Positions 47,015-56,644 are shown, counted from the stretch's first letter. The stretch is 64,000 nt of DNA from Candidatus Moraniibacteriota bacterium (GCA_028715015.1 JAQTLF010000001.1:29243-93242); one strand, 5' to 3'. Numbers and translations: made by a program. Notes: generated by a model not told the origin, from the letters alone.

Positions 47015-47812
47015 TTAATTCAGCAATTCCTTCACACGCCGGGCAAGATCACTGGGAACCAATTGGGTTTTTTCATAAAACTCACTTATTCCCAAATCCC
47101 GCACCGGCTTGATATCCTCTTCGATCAATGAGGCGGAAAGCACGATGATCGGAATATTGTTTTTTGTCTCATCCAACCTTATACGTTTAATGATCTCATC
47201 GCCGCCCATAGCCGGCATGACCATGTCGGTAATGATCAGATCAAAATCTTTTTCTGCTGCCAATTTGCTTCCCCAGGCACCATTCTTGGCATATTCAACA
47301 ACATAGCCTTCGCTTTCAAGTTTTTTTCCAAACATCTCCAGAAAAATTTCCTCGTCTTCAATAAAAAGAATCTTTTTGCCAGTCGAGGCATTGTCTTCAG
47401 ATGAAATGTTGAGTCGCGCTTTGTTTTTTTTCTGTTCTTCATATTCATTCAAAAGTCGCTGCACCACCCCGACCAATTCGGAAGGACTATATTCTGTTTT
47501 GCCGATAAAATCATTGGCGCCATTTTTTCTGGCCTCAACTTCATGTTCGGTCTTGTTCAAGTTGCTGAAAACAACAACTTTCAAATCGCTTTTATATTCC
47601 GTGTTGCCTCGCAATTCTTTCAAAACATCCATCCCGCTCATTTCAGGCAGCACCATATCCAACAGAATTAGGTCAAAATTGCCTTCTAGTGCATATTTCA
47701 AAACTTCTTTTCCTGTGACAGCATTAACAACCTCAAAGCCAGCCGCTTCAAATTTCTTCGTATATATCTCAGCAATCATCTGGTCATCCTCAACCAGCAT
47801 TATTTTGGCCAT
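47015..47812 (-). CDS. Response regulator with two receiver domains and no output domain
   Basis: VEDD...LLDMVLP...K and IEDE...ITDMVMP...K. Confidence 0.93.
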   Translation of the reverse strand: MAKIMLVEDDQMIAEIYTKKFEAAGFEVVNAVTGKEVLKYALEGNFDLILLDMVLPEMSGMDVLKELRGNTEYKSDLKVVVFSNLNKTEHEVEARKNGANDFIGKTEYSPSELVGVVQRLLNEYEEQKKNKARLNISSEDNASTGKKILFIEDEEIFLEMFGKKLESEGYVVEYAKNGAWGSKLAAEKDFDLIITDMVMPAMGGDEIIKRIRLDETKNNIPIIVLSASLIEEDIKPVRDLGISEFYEKTQLVPSDLARRVKELLN

Positions 47813-48087
47813 AATAGTCATTTTTTGTTTAAATATACCACATAACAAGTATACCGAGAGCAAAGAAAAAAAGCAATAATTTCAAAAAAAAATACCAATT
47901 TTAAAAAATTGGTATGAATATGGTTATTTCTACAATGCTTAATTCTAAATTTACCATCTTATAAAGATTTCTTTGTAAATCAGACTAAAATTCGCCTAAC
48001 TACATTTGACTTATATTTAAGCTTTATGTTTAAATACAATACTGGAATCAAAGTATTCCAAATATCCCAAAATGGAGGTTCTTTAAA

Positions 48088-48387
48088 ATGAAAAGTATGC
48101 TAATAGTTATTGTTTCGTTTTCTCTCTTTGCGTGTACAAACATATTTGATCGCACTACTAAAGGTTTAGTTCAGGCGATTGGCAAAAACAGTGTCACTTT
48201 ATCTACAGAAAAAGAATTAGTATCCATAGAAAATATTGAAAACTTGGAAGCATATCAGACTGAACTTGCAAATTTCAAAAAATCAAATCGACAAATTGTA
48301 ATTTATTACTACGAGCAACGAACTCGTAAAATTTCAACAGGAGATGATACATGGTACAAAACAATAACAAAAATTGTTAAAAAATAA
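48088..48387 (+). CDS. Orphan putative lipoprotein
   Basis: SD GGAGGT; signal peptide with lipobox LFAC; terminator 48405-48434. Confidence 0.7.
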   Translation: MKSMLIVIVSFSLFACTNIFDRTTKGLVQAIGKNSVTLSTEKELVSIENIENLEAYQTELANFKKSNRQIVIYYYEQRTRKISTGDDTWYKTITKIVKK

Positions 48388-48497
48388 TCAGTATCAATTG
48401 AATTGGCCATTCCTAGCTTTGGGGTGGCCTTTTTACTTAAAAATTTCAAAAAGACCATACGACTAAATAAGCATTTGAGCCATTAAGCCAAAAAAAA

Positions 48498-48821
48498 TTA
48501 TTTTTTAAACAACTTTCCAAAAAAAATTGTTATTTCTCCAACTAGACGTGGTGAGAAAAATGCCAAAAATAACCATACCAGGACAAAAAGGATGTTTATT
48601 TTAATAATTCCATATAGACCAATTAAAAACAACACTAGCATCATAACCTTGCGACTTGAGTCGACTGGTAACCACGAACTAAGTATAGCCCCAGCAAGTT
48701 GAGATTTTAATTGTTCAAATTTAGCCTTCTCTTGGTCTGTTAAATTCAAATCTTTGTTTTTTAATGCTTCATCAATTTTAAGAAATGTTGTCTTTAATTG
48801 GTCGTGTTGATTTTTATTCAT
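48498..48821 (-). CDS. Hypothetical membrane protein
   Basis: C-terminal two TM helices; very AT-rich. Confidence 0.7.
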   Translation of the reverse strand: MNKNQHDQLKTTFLKIDEALKNKDLNLTDQEKAKFEQLKSQLAGAILSSWLPVDSSRKVMMLVLFLIGLYGIIKINILFVLVWLFLAFFSPRLVGEITIFFGKLFKK

Positions 48822-48973
48822 ATCATTTGTTTAAAAATAATCTTGCTTAACTTATGAGTTGCATATTTCTTGCTTTACAATATGCTAAATACATTATCAC
48901 ATTCTAATGCATAAATAACATAACAAAAGTTATCCATTATCAAAACTTTGTGCAAAATTGCGGGTTTGTATTT

Positions 48974-49846
48974 TCAGTATTTTTTAATTTTTTCCAAAAC
49001 CTCATCAATGATCCATTTCGGTGTTGATGCTCCGGCGGTTATGGCTACCTTTTTGCAGCCAGCAAACCACTGGCTTTTGAGCTCGGAAGCCCTTTGGATA
49101 AAGTAAGAGGCAGGATTGACCCTTTGAGAAATTTCCCAAAGACGTGTTGAATTGGCGCTTTCAGGAGATCCAATAGCAATGATGACATCATTTTTTTCAG
49201 CCAATTGTTTTATTTCCGTTTGGCGATGATGAGTGGTCAGACAGATCGAATCAATAACTTCAGCCTGCGGATATTTTTTGGAAATCTGCGCAGCCGCGCG
49301 ATCAACAAATTCTTGATCCTGCGTAGTTTGCGAAATGACCGCAATTTTTTTGCCAGGATCAACATCAAAACCGCACAGATCCTCATCTGTTTCAATAAAA
49401 ATGGCTTTTTTGTTGGCCCATTCATAAATGCCTTTTACTTCCTTATGATTTTTTTCACCGATAATCACGATCTGCGTGTTTCTGTCAAAAAAAGCCTTGG
49501 CCAACCTCTGGACTTTGATCACGCGTGGACAAGTCGTGTCCACCAAATCAACTTTGTGTTTCTTGGCAAGCTCATAGATCTTTGGCCCGATGCCGTGGGC
49601 AGTGATGACCAATGTTCCCACTTCGTTTTTTATTTTTTCGAAAAAGTCTTCCAGCGGACCTTCCACGTGGATTTTTTGCACTCCCATCTTTTCAATTTTT
49701 GCCACCACGTCGTCATTGTGCACTAAAGAACCCAACACAAAAATCGGCCGCTTCACCAGCGGATCTTTGGCGATTTTTTCCACAATGTCATATGCCCTTT
49801 CCACACCTTCGCAGAAGCCCGCATACTGGCTTAATGTAATTTCCAT
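48974..49846 (-). CDS. ispH: 4-hydroxy-3-methylbut-2-enyl diphosphate reductase
   Basis: AGFCEGV, LVHN, AHG, DTTCP.V, H.EV.G, QTT, IC.TT..RQ, SANS, TAGASTP. Confidence 0.96.
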   Translation of the reverse strand: MEITLSQYAGFCEGVERAYDIVEKIAKDPLVKRPIFVLGSLVHNDDVVAKIEKMGVQKIHVEGPLEDFFEKIKNEVGTLVITAHGIGPKIYELAKKHKVDLVDTTCPRVIKVQRLAKAFFDRNTQIVIIGEKNHKEVKGIYEWANKKAIFIETDEDLCGFDVDPGKKIAVISQTTQDQEFVDRAAAQISKKYPQAEVIDSICLTTHHRQTEIKQLAEKNDVIIAIGSPESANSTRLWEISQRVNPASYFIQRASELKSQWFAGCKKVAITAGASTPKWIIDEVLEKIKKY

Positions 49847-49859
49847 TTGGCAATTATAG

Positions 49860-51101
49860 CTATTTGTTCAACATTTGCAATAGAGCTTCAACTGTCATGA
49901 TTTTGCTTTCGTTTTCGCTGCGTTTTTTCACTTCAATTCCGCCAGCCGCCAAAGATTTTTTGCTCACCACAATGCGCCATGGGATTCCGATCAGGTCACT
50001 GTCGGCAAATTTTTCTCCGGCGCTTACCTCGCGATCATCAAGCAAAACTTCAATTCCTTTGCTTTTTAGTTCAGCATAAATCTTTTCCGCTTCCTCGTTT
50101 TCACCAAGATTCAAAAGATGCACTGCAAACGGAGCAATGTTTTCAGGCCACACCAGACCTTTGTCATCAGCAAACAGCTCCGCAACAACACCCATCAGAC
50201 GACTGACACCGATTCCATAACAACCCATCACAATTGATTGCTTTTCGCCATTCTCATCACTGTAATACAAATCCAATGCATTCGTATATTTGGATTCCAA
50301 ATGAAAGGTGTTTCCAACTTCAACACCTTTTTTCTGCACCAATTCATCTCGCTTAAGATCAAGCTTTTCCAAATTTTCATCAGTCAATATTTCTTCATTG
50401 ATGGCAACTCGTTTTTTTTCATCAACATAAATCGTGTCCTCACCAACTTCACTCAACGTTTGAAATTCATCACTAAAGCGAGGCGTAAAAATTCCACCAT
50501 CAGCATAAGTCCGATATGTTATATCACCCAGTCCCAATCTGTCGTAAACCTTATAATATGCTGCCACAATCTTTTCATATTCTTGCTCATGCTGAGCTTG
50601 ATCGCGACAAAATGTGTACATGTCTTTCATTAAAAATTCGCGACCGCGCAGCAATCCACTTTTGGCACGTTTTTCATTTCTGAATTTATTTTGAATCTGA
50701 TATACCGCAAATGGCATATCCTTATATGAATTCAGATAGTTGCTGACCGCATCAACAATCGGTTCTTCATGAGTGAGTCCCACTCCCAGTTCCGCACCGT
50801 TGGCAAGCTTGGTTTTGAACCAATTGTCGACTTTGGCATCATCCCAACGATCTGTCTTTTCCCAGATCTCTTTTGGCTGCAAAGTTGTCATCATGAGCTC
50901 TTGCCCACCGACAGCATTCATTTCTTCGCGCACAATTTTTTTGATATTTTCCAATACACGCAAGCCTAGTGGCATGTAAGCATATACGCCCGCCATTTCC
51001 TTGTGAATAAAACCAGCCCTAATCAAGAGCTGCGCATTTTTGGCAACCTCATCAGATGGCGCTTCTTTTTTAGTCCTGGTGAATAATTGTGATTGTTTCA
51101 T
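49860..51101 (-). CDS. proS: Proline-tRNA ligase, short form without editing domain
   Basis: LLIRAGFI, THEE, KFRNE.R...GLLRGREF.MKD, EVGNTF.L, MGCYGIGVSR; 413 aa. Confidence 0.97.
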   Translation of the reverse strand: MKQSQLFTRTKKEAPSDEVAKNAQLLIRAGFIHKEMAGVYAYMPLGLRVLENIKKIVREEMNAVGGQELMMTTLQPKEIWEKTDRWDDAKVDNWFKTKLANGAELGVGLTHEEPIVDAVSNYLNSYKDMPFAVYQIQNKFRNEKRAKSGLLRGREFLMKDMYTFCRDQAQHEQEYEKIVAAYYKVYDRLGLGDITYRTYADGGIFTPRFSDEFQTLSEVGEDTIYVDEKKRVAINEEILTDENLEKLDLKRDELVQKKGVEVGNTFHLESKYTNALDLYYSDENGEKQSIVMGCYGIGVSRLMGVVAELFADDKGLVWPENIAPFAVHLLNLGENEEAEKIYAELKSKGIEVLLDDREVSAGEKFADSDLIGIPWRIVVSKKSLAAGGIEVKKRSENESKIMTVEALLQMLNK

Positions 51102-51179
51102 AAAAAAAGTTTATAAAGTTATAAAGTTCGTAAAGTTTATCAAGCAATAGCAACAAATTCAAGTCTTATTGCAAACAAA

Positions 51180-51632
51180 CTAATTTTTGATTTTTTCAGC
51201 CAATTTGGCAAGCTCTGCGTCGTCAGCTCTTTGGGAATCGTGCGTCGAGATGTAACCGGGATATTTTTCAAAATATGTCTCGATGTCGGACCCTATGGCT
51301 TGCCAGTTGTCCATTTTTGTTCCATGCATCGGAAAAAGTTTGGCATGCACATGGTCAACTCCGAAACCTTCAAAAACCAACGCTGTCCTGCCCACATCTT
51401 CCAATTTTTCATCCAAAATCTTGGCCACCTCACGAGCTGCTTCCACCAATTCAACTCTAACCTCTTTGGACAAATCAAAAACATAACTTGAATAATGCTC
51501 TTTAGGAATGACAACTGTCACACCTTCAGTGTTGGGAAAAATGGAAAGAAAAGCCAAGAATTTTTCATTTTCCCAAACCTTGTGACTTGGAATTTCACCC
51601 TCGACAATTTTGCAAAAAATACAGTCCGACAT
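51180..51632 (-). CDS. HIT family hydrolase
   Basis: CIFCKIV.GEIP, VIPKEH, VDHVHAKLFP (third His replaced by K). Confidence 0.92.
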   Translation of the reverse strand: MSDCIFCKIVEGEIPSHKVWENEKFLAFLSIFPNTEGVTVVIPKEHYSSYVFDLSKEVRVELVEAAREVAKILDEKLEDVGRTALVFEGFGVDHVHAKLFPMHGTKMDNWQAIGSDIETYFEKYPGYISTHDSQRADDAELAKLAEKIKN

Positions 51633-51642
51633 AGGTTTTGTC

Positions 51643-52845
51643 TTATTTGAGAAATTTTAGTTTTACAAAGCCAAGCTTTCCTATCTTGAAAACTTTTCCG
51701 TCATGTGAAGAATCGATCATCGCATTTGTGTCAGTGATTTTCTCGCCATCAACACTGACTCCTCCTTGTTCAACCTTGCGACGCGCATCGCCCATGCTGG
51801 TTGCGTTTTTCGATTCAACCAATAATTCCAACAATTTTATTTCTTTGCCATCAATTTCAAACTCAGCAACTTCATCAGGAATTTCCTTATTGGAAATGGT
51901 TTTGACAAAATATTCTTTGGCTTTTTCCGCCACATCTTCGCCATGGTAGATCTTCACAATTTCTTTGGCCAAATCCAGTTTCGCATCGCGAGGATTCAAA
52001 ATCCCGCCAGCCATGTCAGCTTCAACTTTTTTCACAATTTCCATCGGCACGCGGGTGCAATGGATGTAATATTTCACAATCAGATCATCCCCCATGCTCA
52101 TGACTTTTCCAAACATGTCATTCGGCTGATCCATAATCTTGATCACATTTCCCCAACTGGAACTCATCTTTCTTCCATCAAGACCTTCGATCAGATTCAA
52201 CATCAACACGTCTTGCGGTTTTTGCTGATAGCGTCTTTGCAATTCGCGCCCTGCCAAAAGATTGAAACGTTGGTCGGTTCCGCCAATTTCCAAATCGGCT
52301 TTCAGCACCACGCTGTCATAACCCTGCATCAAAGGATACAAAAGTTCGCGAAGTGAAATCCTTTTTCCTTCATCCAATCTTTTTTTGATGTTTTCACGCG
52401 CAATAAATTCAGCCAAAGAAAAAACATCGGCTTGCTCGGAAATTTCTCCATAGGTCAATTTTCCCAGCCACTGCGAGTTTCTCACCACTTCCACCTTACT
52501 CATGTCCAAAATCTTTCCAGCCTGATCCATGTATGTCTTCATGTTCTCGTCCACAACTTTCTGTTCCAACATCGGACGCTCACTGTCTTTGTCTGAAGTA
52601 TCTCCAATGACACCAGTGAAATCACCGATCAAAAAAACAATTTGGTGACCCAAGTCTTGCAAGTCACGCAGTTTGAGCAGTGCCACGGCGCGACCCAAAT
52701 GTATGCTTGGGCTTGTCGGATCAGTGCCGAATTTGATGCGCAATTTCTCACCAGAAAGAAGTTTTTTTCGCAAACTCTCACAATCAATAACCTCCGCAAC
52801 ACCGCGACTCAAGATTTCATCCACAATTTGCTCTTTGGTTTTCAT
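51643..52845 (-). CDS. tyrS: Tyrosine-tRNA ligase
   Basis: GTDPTSPSIHLG, YPLMQGYD, GGTDQ.FN, KMSSS, C-terminal S4 domain. Confidence 0.98.
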   Translation of the reverse strand: MKTKEQIVDEILSRGVAEVIDCESLRKKLLSGEKLRIKFGTDPTSPSIHLGRAVALLKLRDLQDLGHQIVFLIGDFTGVIGDTSDKDSERPMLEQKVVDENMKTYMDQAGKILDMSKVEVVRNSQWLGKLTYGEISEQADVFSLAEFIARENIKKRLDEGKRISLRELLYPLMQGYDSVVLKADLEIGGTDQRFNLLAGRELQRRYQQKPQDVLMLNLIEGLDGRKMSSSWGNVIKIMDQPNDMFGKVMSMGDDLIVKYYIHCTRVPMEIVKKVEADMAGGILNPRDAKLDLAKEIVKIYHGEDVAEKAKEYFVKTISNKEIPDEVAEFEIDGKEIKLLELLVESKNATSMGDARRKVEQGGVSVDGEKITDTNAMIDSSHDGKVFKIGKLGFVKLKFLK

Positions 52846-52952
52846 ATTTTTAATCATTGCTTTTAGTTTAATATGGTCATATTCAAAAGAAAACACAAAT
52901 CGAACATAACCCGTTTAATATAGCCATAATAGCAAATTTTTGCCTTTTTGCA

Positions 52953-52984
52953 AACCAAAACAGCCTTGATTGGCTGTTTTGGTT
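52953..52984 (-). terminator. Intrinsic terminator after histidine kinase
   Basis: AACCAAAACAGCC-TTGATT-GGCTGTTTTGGTT. Confidence 0.75.
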
Positions 52985-53006
52985 GTTTCAAATTCATTTT
53001 TTATTT

Positions 53007-54731
53007 TCATGCCACATGCACAACTGGAATTTCAATCATAAATTTTGAACCCTGTCCGGCGCCGTCTGACTCAACCCAGATCTGACCGTGGTGGGCTTCA
53101 GCAATGGCTTTGCCCACAAAAAGACCCAGACCGGTGCCACCAACATGCAAGCGCGACACGTCTTTGCCGCGTGAAAACTTTTTGAAAAGATATGGAATTT
53201 CTTCTTTGGGAATTCCGATGCCAGTGTCGGAAACCGTGATGCGGACAACTTTTCCAAATTCTGATTTCTTTTCAGGAATCACAAATCCGTTTTCATCAAC
53301 AACAACGCCTTCATTTCTGATTTCGACGCGAACAGTCACTCCGCCTTTCTCTGTGTATTTCAAAGCGTTGTCAATGAAATTGGAAACGAGCTCGCGGATT
53401 TTAGCACCGTCCATCACGATTTCAGGAAGCGGTGTTTCGGGCAATTTCAAATCCAGATAGAATTGTTTGTTTTTGGCAATCAAAAGAAAATTGTCACGAA
53501 GTTCGCCAAGCAATTCTTTTATGCTTGCAGCCTTGAAAGAAAAAGTCATGCGACCTGACTCGATACGCGAAACATTCAGCAGATCTTCAATCAGATTTGT
53601 CAGGCGTTCGGTGGAAATGTATATTTTGTTCAAAGCTCCATGCACGCTCTCGCTGACCTCTCCATATGAACCTTCCAAAAGAAGCGAGGAAAAACCTTTG
53701 ATGGCAGTGATCGGAGTCCTGAGCTGATGAGAAGCGATCGAAATGAATTCCGTCTTAGCATTGTCCAATTTTCTCAGCGAATCATTGGCCTGCGCCAATT
53801 TGCTTGCCATAAGCTGAAGCTCTTCTTTTCTTTCAACTTCCTGTTTGACACTTCGAATAAGCGCAATTCCGATGCCGCCAACCAAAACCAAAGTGACACC
53901 AGTCAAAACATTGCTGGTCATGTTTTGCGCAAAGAAAAATTGGGAACCAACCAAAGCAACCAACGACACAACCAACGCTTGGGCACCGATAAGTTTTATC
54001 TTGAATGCGTGATATTGGACAATCAGATATGCAAGAAAACTCATGAATATTGTCATGCCGAAAAGACCATACACCTCCAAATTAAAATTATCAATCGCAC
54101 TAGACAAATAGCCAGTAATAAAAAAGGAAAACAAAAACAATTCAACCCCGACAGCCAACAACAATATCTGCTTTCTATTCCCCTTCGGTGCTTTTTTATA
54201 TCTGTCTATTATTACAGCCAAAATCCAAAAGAATATACCCAGACCCACAAGATAATAATAATTGGTAAAATATTGACCTTCTTTTGCTTCACAATTAGCG
54301 ACATCGAATCCCGACAGATTCAAATGTGATGGCGTCAATACCACCAAAGGAAGAAAAAGCAAAATGAACACGATTTTTTTGCCAACAGATATATCCTTCT
54401 TATCAATATAGACATACACAAAATACAGGCACAGCGTGAAAATCAACAAATCCAAGATTCCCAACAGGGACCAGGAAAACATAAGCACCCTGCTGTCATA
54501 TCTTGTCCAGATGGCAAGATCAAAAAAAGACCAAAGAGAGAATGCGATTGTTATTGCAAATAAAATCTTAGCAACCAGGTCTTTTTTGTTTTTAAAATAG
54601 ACAAAAAAGCCGATCAGCAATGACAAAATCGCTGTTGGCACATGTGAATAATAAACAAATTTAAGAAAATCAGCATTTTGACTTACGAAAGTAAAGCATG
54701 ATTCCAATTTTGTCACAAGGTTAAAATCCAT
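53007..54731 (-). CDS. Membrane sensor histidine kinase (HisKA_7TM-like input)
   Basis: 7-9 TM N-terminal domain; EFISIASHQLRTP, NFIDNALKYT, DTGIGI, GTGLGL. Confidence 0.96.
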   Translation of the reverse strand: MDFNLVTKLESCFTFVSQNADFLKFVYYSHVPTAILSLLIGFFVYFKNKKDLVAKILFAITIAFSLWSFFDLAIWTRYDSRVLMFSWSLLGILDLLIFTLCLYFVYVYIDKKDISVGKKIVFILLFLPLVVLTPSHLNLSGFDVANCEAKEGQYFTNYYYLVGLGIFFWILAVIIDRYKKAPKGNRKQILLLAVGVELFLFSFFITGYLSSAIDNFNLEVYGLFGMTIFMSFLAYLIVQYHAFKIKLIGAQALVVSLVALVGSQFFFAQNMTSNVLTGVTLVLVGGIGIALIRSVKQEVERKEELQLMASKLAQANDSLRKLDNAKTEFISIASHQLRTPITAIKGFSSLLLEGSYGEVSESVHGALNKIYISTERLTNLIEDLLNVSRIESGRMTFSFKAASIKELLGELRDNFLLIAKNKQFYLDLKLPETPLPEIVMDGAKIRELVSNFIDNALKYTEKGGVTVRVEIRNEGVVVDENGFVIPEKKSEFGKVVRITVSDTGIGIPKEEIPYLFKKFSRGKDVSRLHVGGTGLGLFVGKAIAEAHHGQIWVESDGAGQGSKFMIEIPVVHVA

Positions 54732-54748
54732 ATTTTTTATGTTTATTT

Positions 54749-55621
54749 TTATTTCTTATCAATAACGGCTAATATTTTTTCATCATATGCCCTGGCCTTC
54801 AATATGTTTTCATTGCCATCACCGTGCAATCTCACAATTATTGGCTTCAAATTGAATTCTTTGAAAACGGCGGAGAAACTTGGCAGAACTATTTCGTGAG
54901 TAAATTTGTTTTCATTTTTATTTTCCAAATAATCTTCAAACAAAATCCCAAAACAAACAAACAAGGCGAAAAATCGCTCATAATACAGCGAGGGTTTTTT
55001 ACCGTTACTTTTTATCCATTCTGATGCGTCAATTATTTGACAATCACCATCTTTCAAGAAAAAATTCAGCAATCTATGATGGAAATCTATAAAATTTTCT
55101 CCGCTCAATGTTTTCATTTCATGCAAAAAAGCGCCTTCCGATAAATTAAAATCGATAATATTTTTATTGCTCCTATTCTCACAAACATTCTTATTGCCTG
55201 ATTTGCAAAAAAAGACCATTTTGCCTAAATAATATTTATCCTCATTTTCAGCCCTGAATTTATCACTCAAATATTCCAAACAAACAGGATTCAGTCCCGC
55301 ATCCTTGGCCAAATCCAAATATCTGATTAATTCATTGTTGGGGCTTGCAATATGACGAGCCAAAACTGCTTTTGGACCATCGTGAAAACATCCAGGGATG
55401 TTCCCATTTAAATATTTTTCAACCTTTTTTCTCAATTCCTTATCATTCCATCTTTTCCAAACTTCCTCCTTTGCATCTGGCAATGCCATATACAAAGCAT
55501 CGACTGACAAAACATCCTCACTGTTGTTAATTTCATCCTTAACATCTTTTGATTCGGCAACACCGCAAGAAAAAAGTGACCTTATGGGTTTTAATAATAT
55601 ATCAATCATACAAAACATCAT
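54749..55621 (-). CDS. Hypothetical soluble protein co-transcribed with the kinase
   Basis: 290-aa ORF with enzyme-like motifs ARHIASPN.E, EY..DKF...N.DK, DFHH, FEDY, KPIIV. Confidence 0.8.
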   Translation of the reverse strand: MMFCMIDILLKPIRSLFSCGVAESKDVKDEINNSEDVLSVDALYMALPDAKEEVWKRWNDKELRKKVEKYLNGNIPGCFHDGPKAVLARHIASPNNELIRYLDLAKDAGLNPVCLEYLSDKFRAENEDKYYLGKMVFFCKSGNKNVCENRSNKNIIDFNLSEGAFLHEMKTLSGENFIDFHHRLLNFFLKDGDCQIIDASEWIKSNGKKPSLYYERFFALFVCFGILFEDYLENKNENKFTHEIVLPSFSAVFKEFNLKPIIVRLHGDGNENILKARAYDEKILAVIDKK

Positions 55622-56173
55622 TTAGAAAAATTTTATTACAGTTTCTTTCAATGTCGACACAGCGACAAATGCGATGCCCGTCCACCAAACATTTGAAACT
55701 ATGGTACTTCCCAAAAATATTTTCCAATCTCTCCTGGTCAGCCCATTGTACAAATGATATCCCGGCCTCATATATATTGAGGTTATGAGCGGATCAAAAT
55801 GAATAGAAAGAAAAAGAAACTGACCGATCTTATTTTTGTGAAAAAGCCAATACATCATCCTTTTTCCAGTTCTTCGCCAACTTTTTTTGGCAATATCTTC
55901 CTCTTGTTTGAAAAAATTCTCCACCAATTCCTTTACTGCCTCAATACCCAGCCAGTCTTTTTCCAGAAGATCATAAACCCACAAAATAAAAAGACAAATT
56001 ACAGTTGCAAGAATTCCCATCACGATCCCACCCAAAAGCGGACCATATTTATATATAACAAACGGATATAAAACATAGTCGAACGCATAGTCAAAAGAAT
56101 TGAACACAACCAACCCGATTGCCAATATTTTCAGATTAAACTTTCTTATCCATTCAAACTTCATAAGTTTCAA
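55622..56173 (-). CDS. Hypothetical membrane protein
   Basis: Three or more TM segments; FDYVLYPFVI, DWLGIE, FDP.IT.IYMR. Confidence 0.8.
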   Translation of the reverse strand: MKLMKFEWIRKFNLKILAIGLVVFNSFDYAFDYVLYPFVIYKYGPLLGGIVMGILATVICLFILWVYDLLEKDWLGIEAVKELVENFFKQEEDIAKKSWRRTGKRMMYWLFHKNKIGQFLFLSIHFDPLITSIYMRPGYHLYNGLTRRDWKIFLGSTIVSNVWWTGIAFVAVSTLKETVIKFF

Positions 56174-56644
56174 TCATTCATTTGGGTTATTGCCACCATC
56201 CTGGGCAGCCACACATTCAGCATCATCCTCTTGGCAAGTTGCAGTTTCATCGGCAGCTGGGTGATCGATATTGTATTGCTCGGGATCGCTGCATTCCCCA
56301 TCTTTTCCGACCGTCTTTTCGTCGCAAAAAGTGGTGGCGCATTCTTTTTCTCCTTCAGGGCAAACCAGGGCCTTACAATTTTCATCAGCCGGGTCGCAAA
56401 GCGGGATGTTAGCTGCGTTTCTTTGGATAAGTTTATAGTATGAAGTGTCTTGCTCGGCGTCGCCTGTGCATGTTTCAGTGGCGGAATCACAATAATAGAT
56501 GAAACATTTTTCCGTGGTCGGATCACAATCAGCCTGTGCTTCGACCAAATAATCTTTCTTGATCATGATCCGCCAATATGTCACCCCGATAGAACCGACA
56601 ATCAAAATTCCCAAAACCCACAGCAGCAATTTGTTTTTGTTCAT
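56174..56644 (-). CDS. Membrane-anchored acidic cysteine-rich exported protein
   Basis: N-terminal TM; 12 Cys, five C-x6-C units. Confidence 0.85.
   Translation of the reverse strand: MNKNKLLLWVLGILIVGSIGVTYWRIMIKKDYLVEAQADCDPTTEKCFIYYCDSATETCTGDAEQDTSYYKLIQRNAANIPLCDPADENCKALVCPEGEKECATTFCDEKTVGKDGECSDPEQYNIDHPAADETATCQEDDAECVAAQDGGNNPNE

Noticed and set aside
52846-53006. T-box leaders for tyrS (and likewise proS, aspS)
   Set aside because: No GGTGGNACC-type bulge or leader space is present upstream of these genes.
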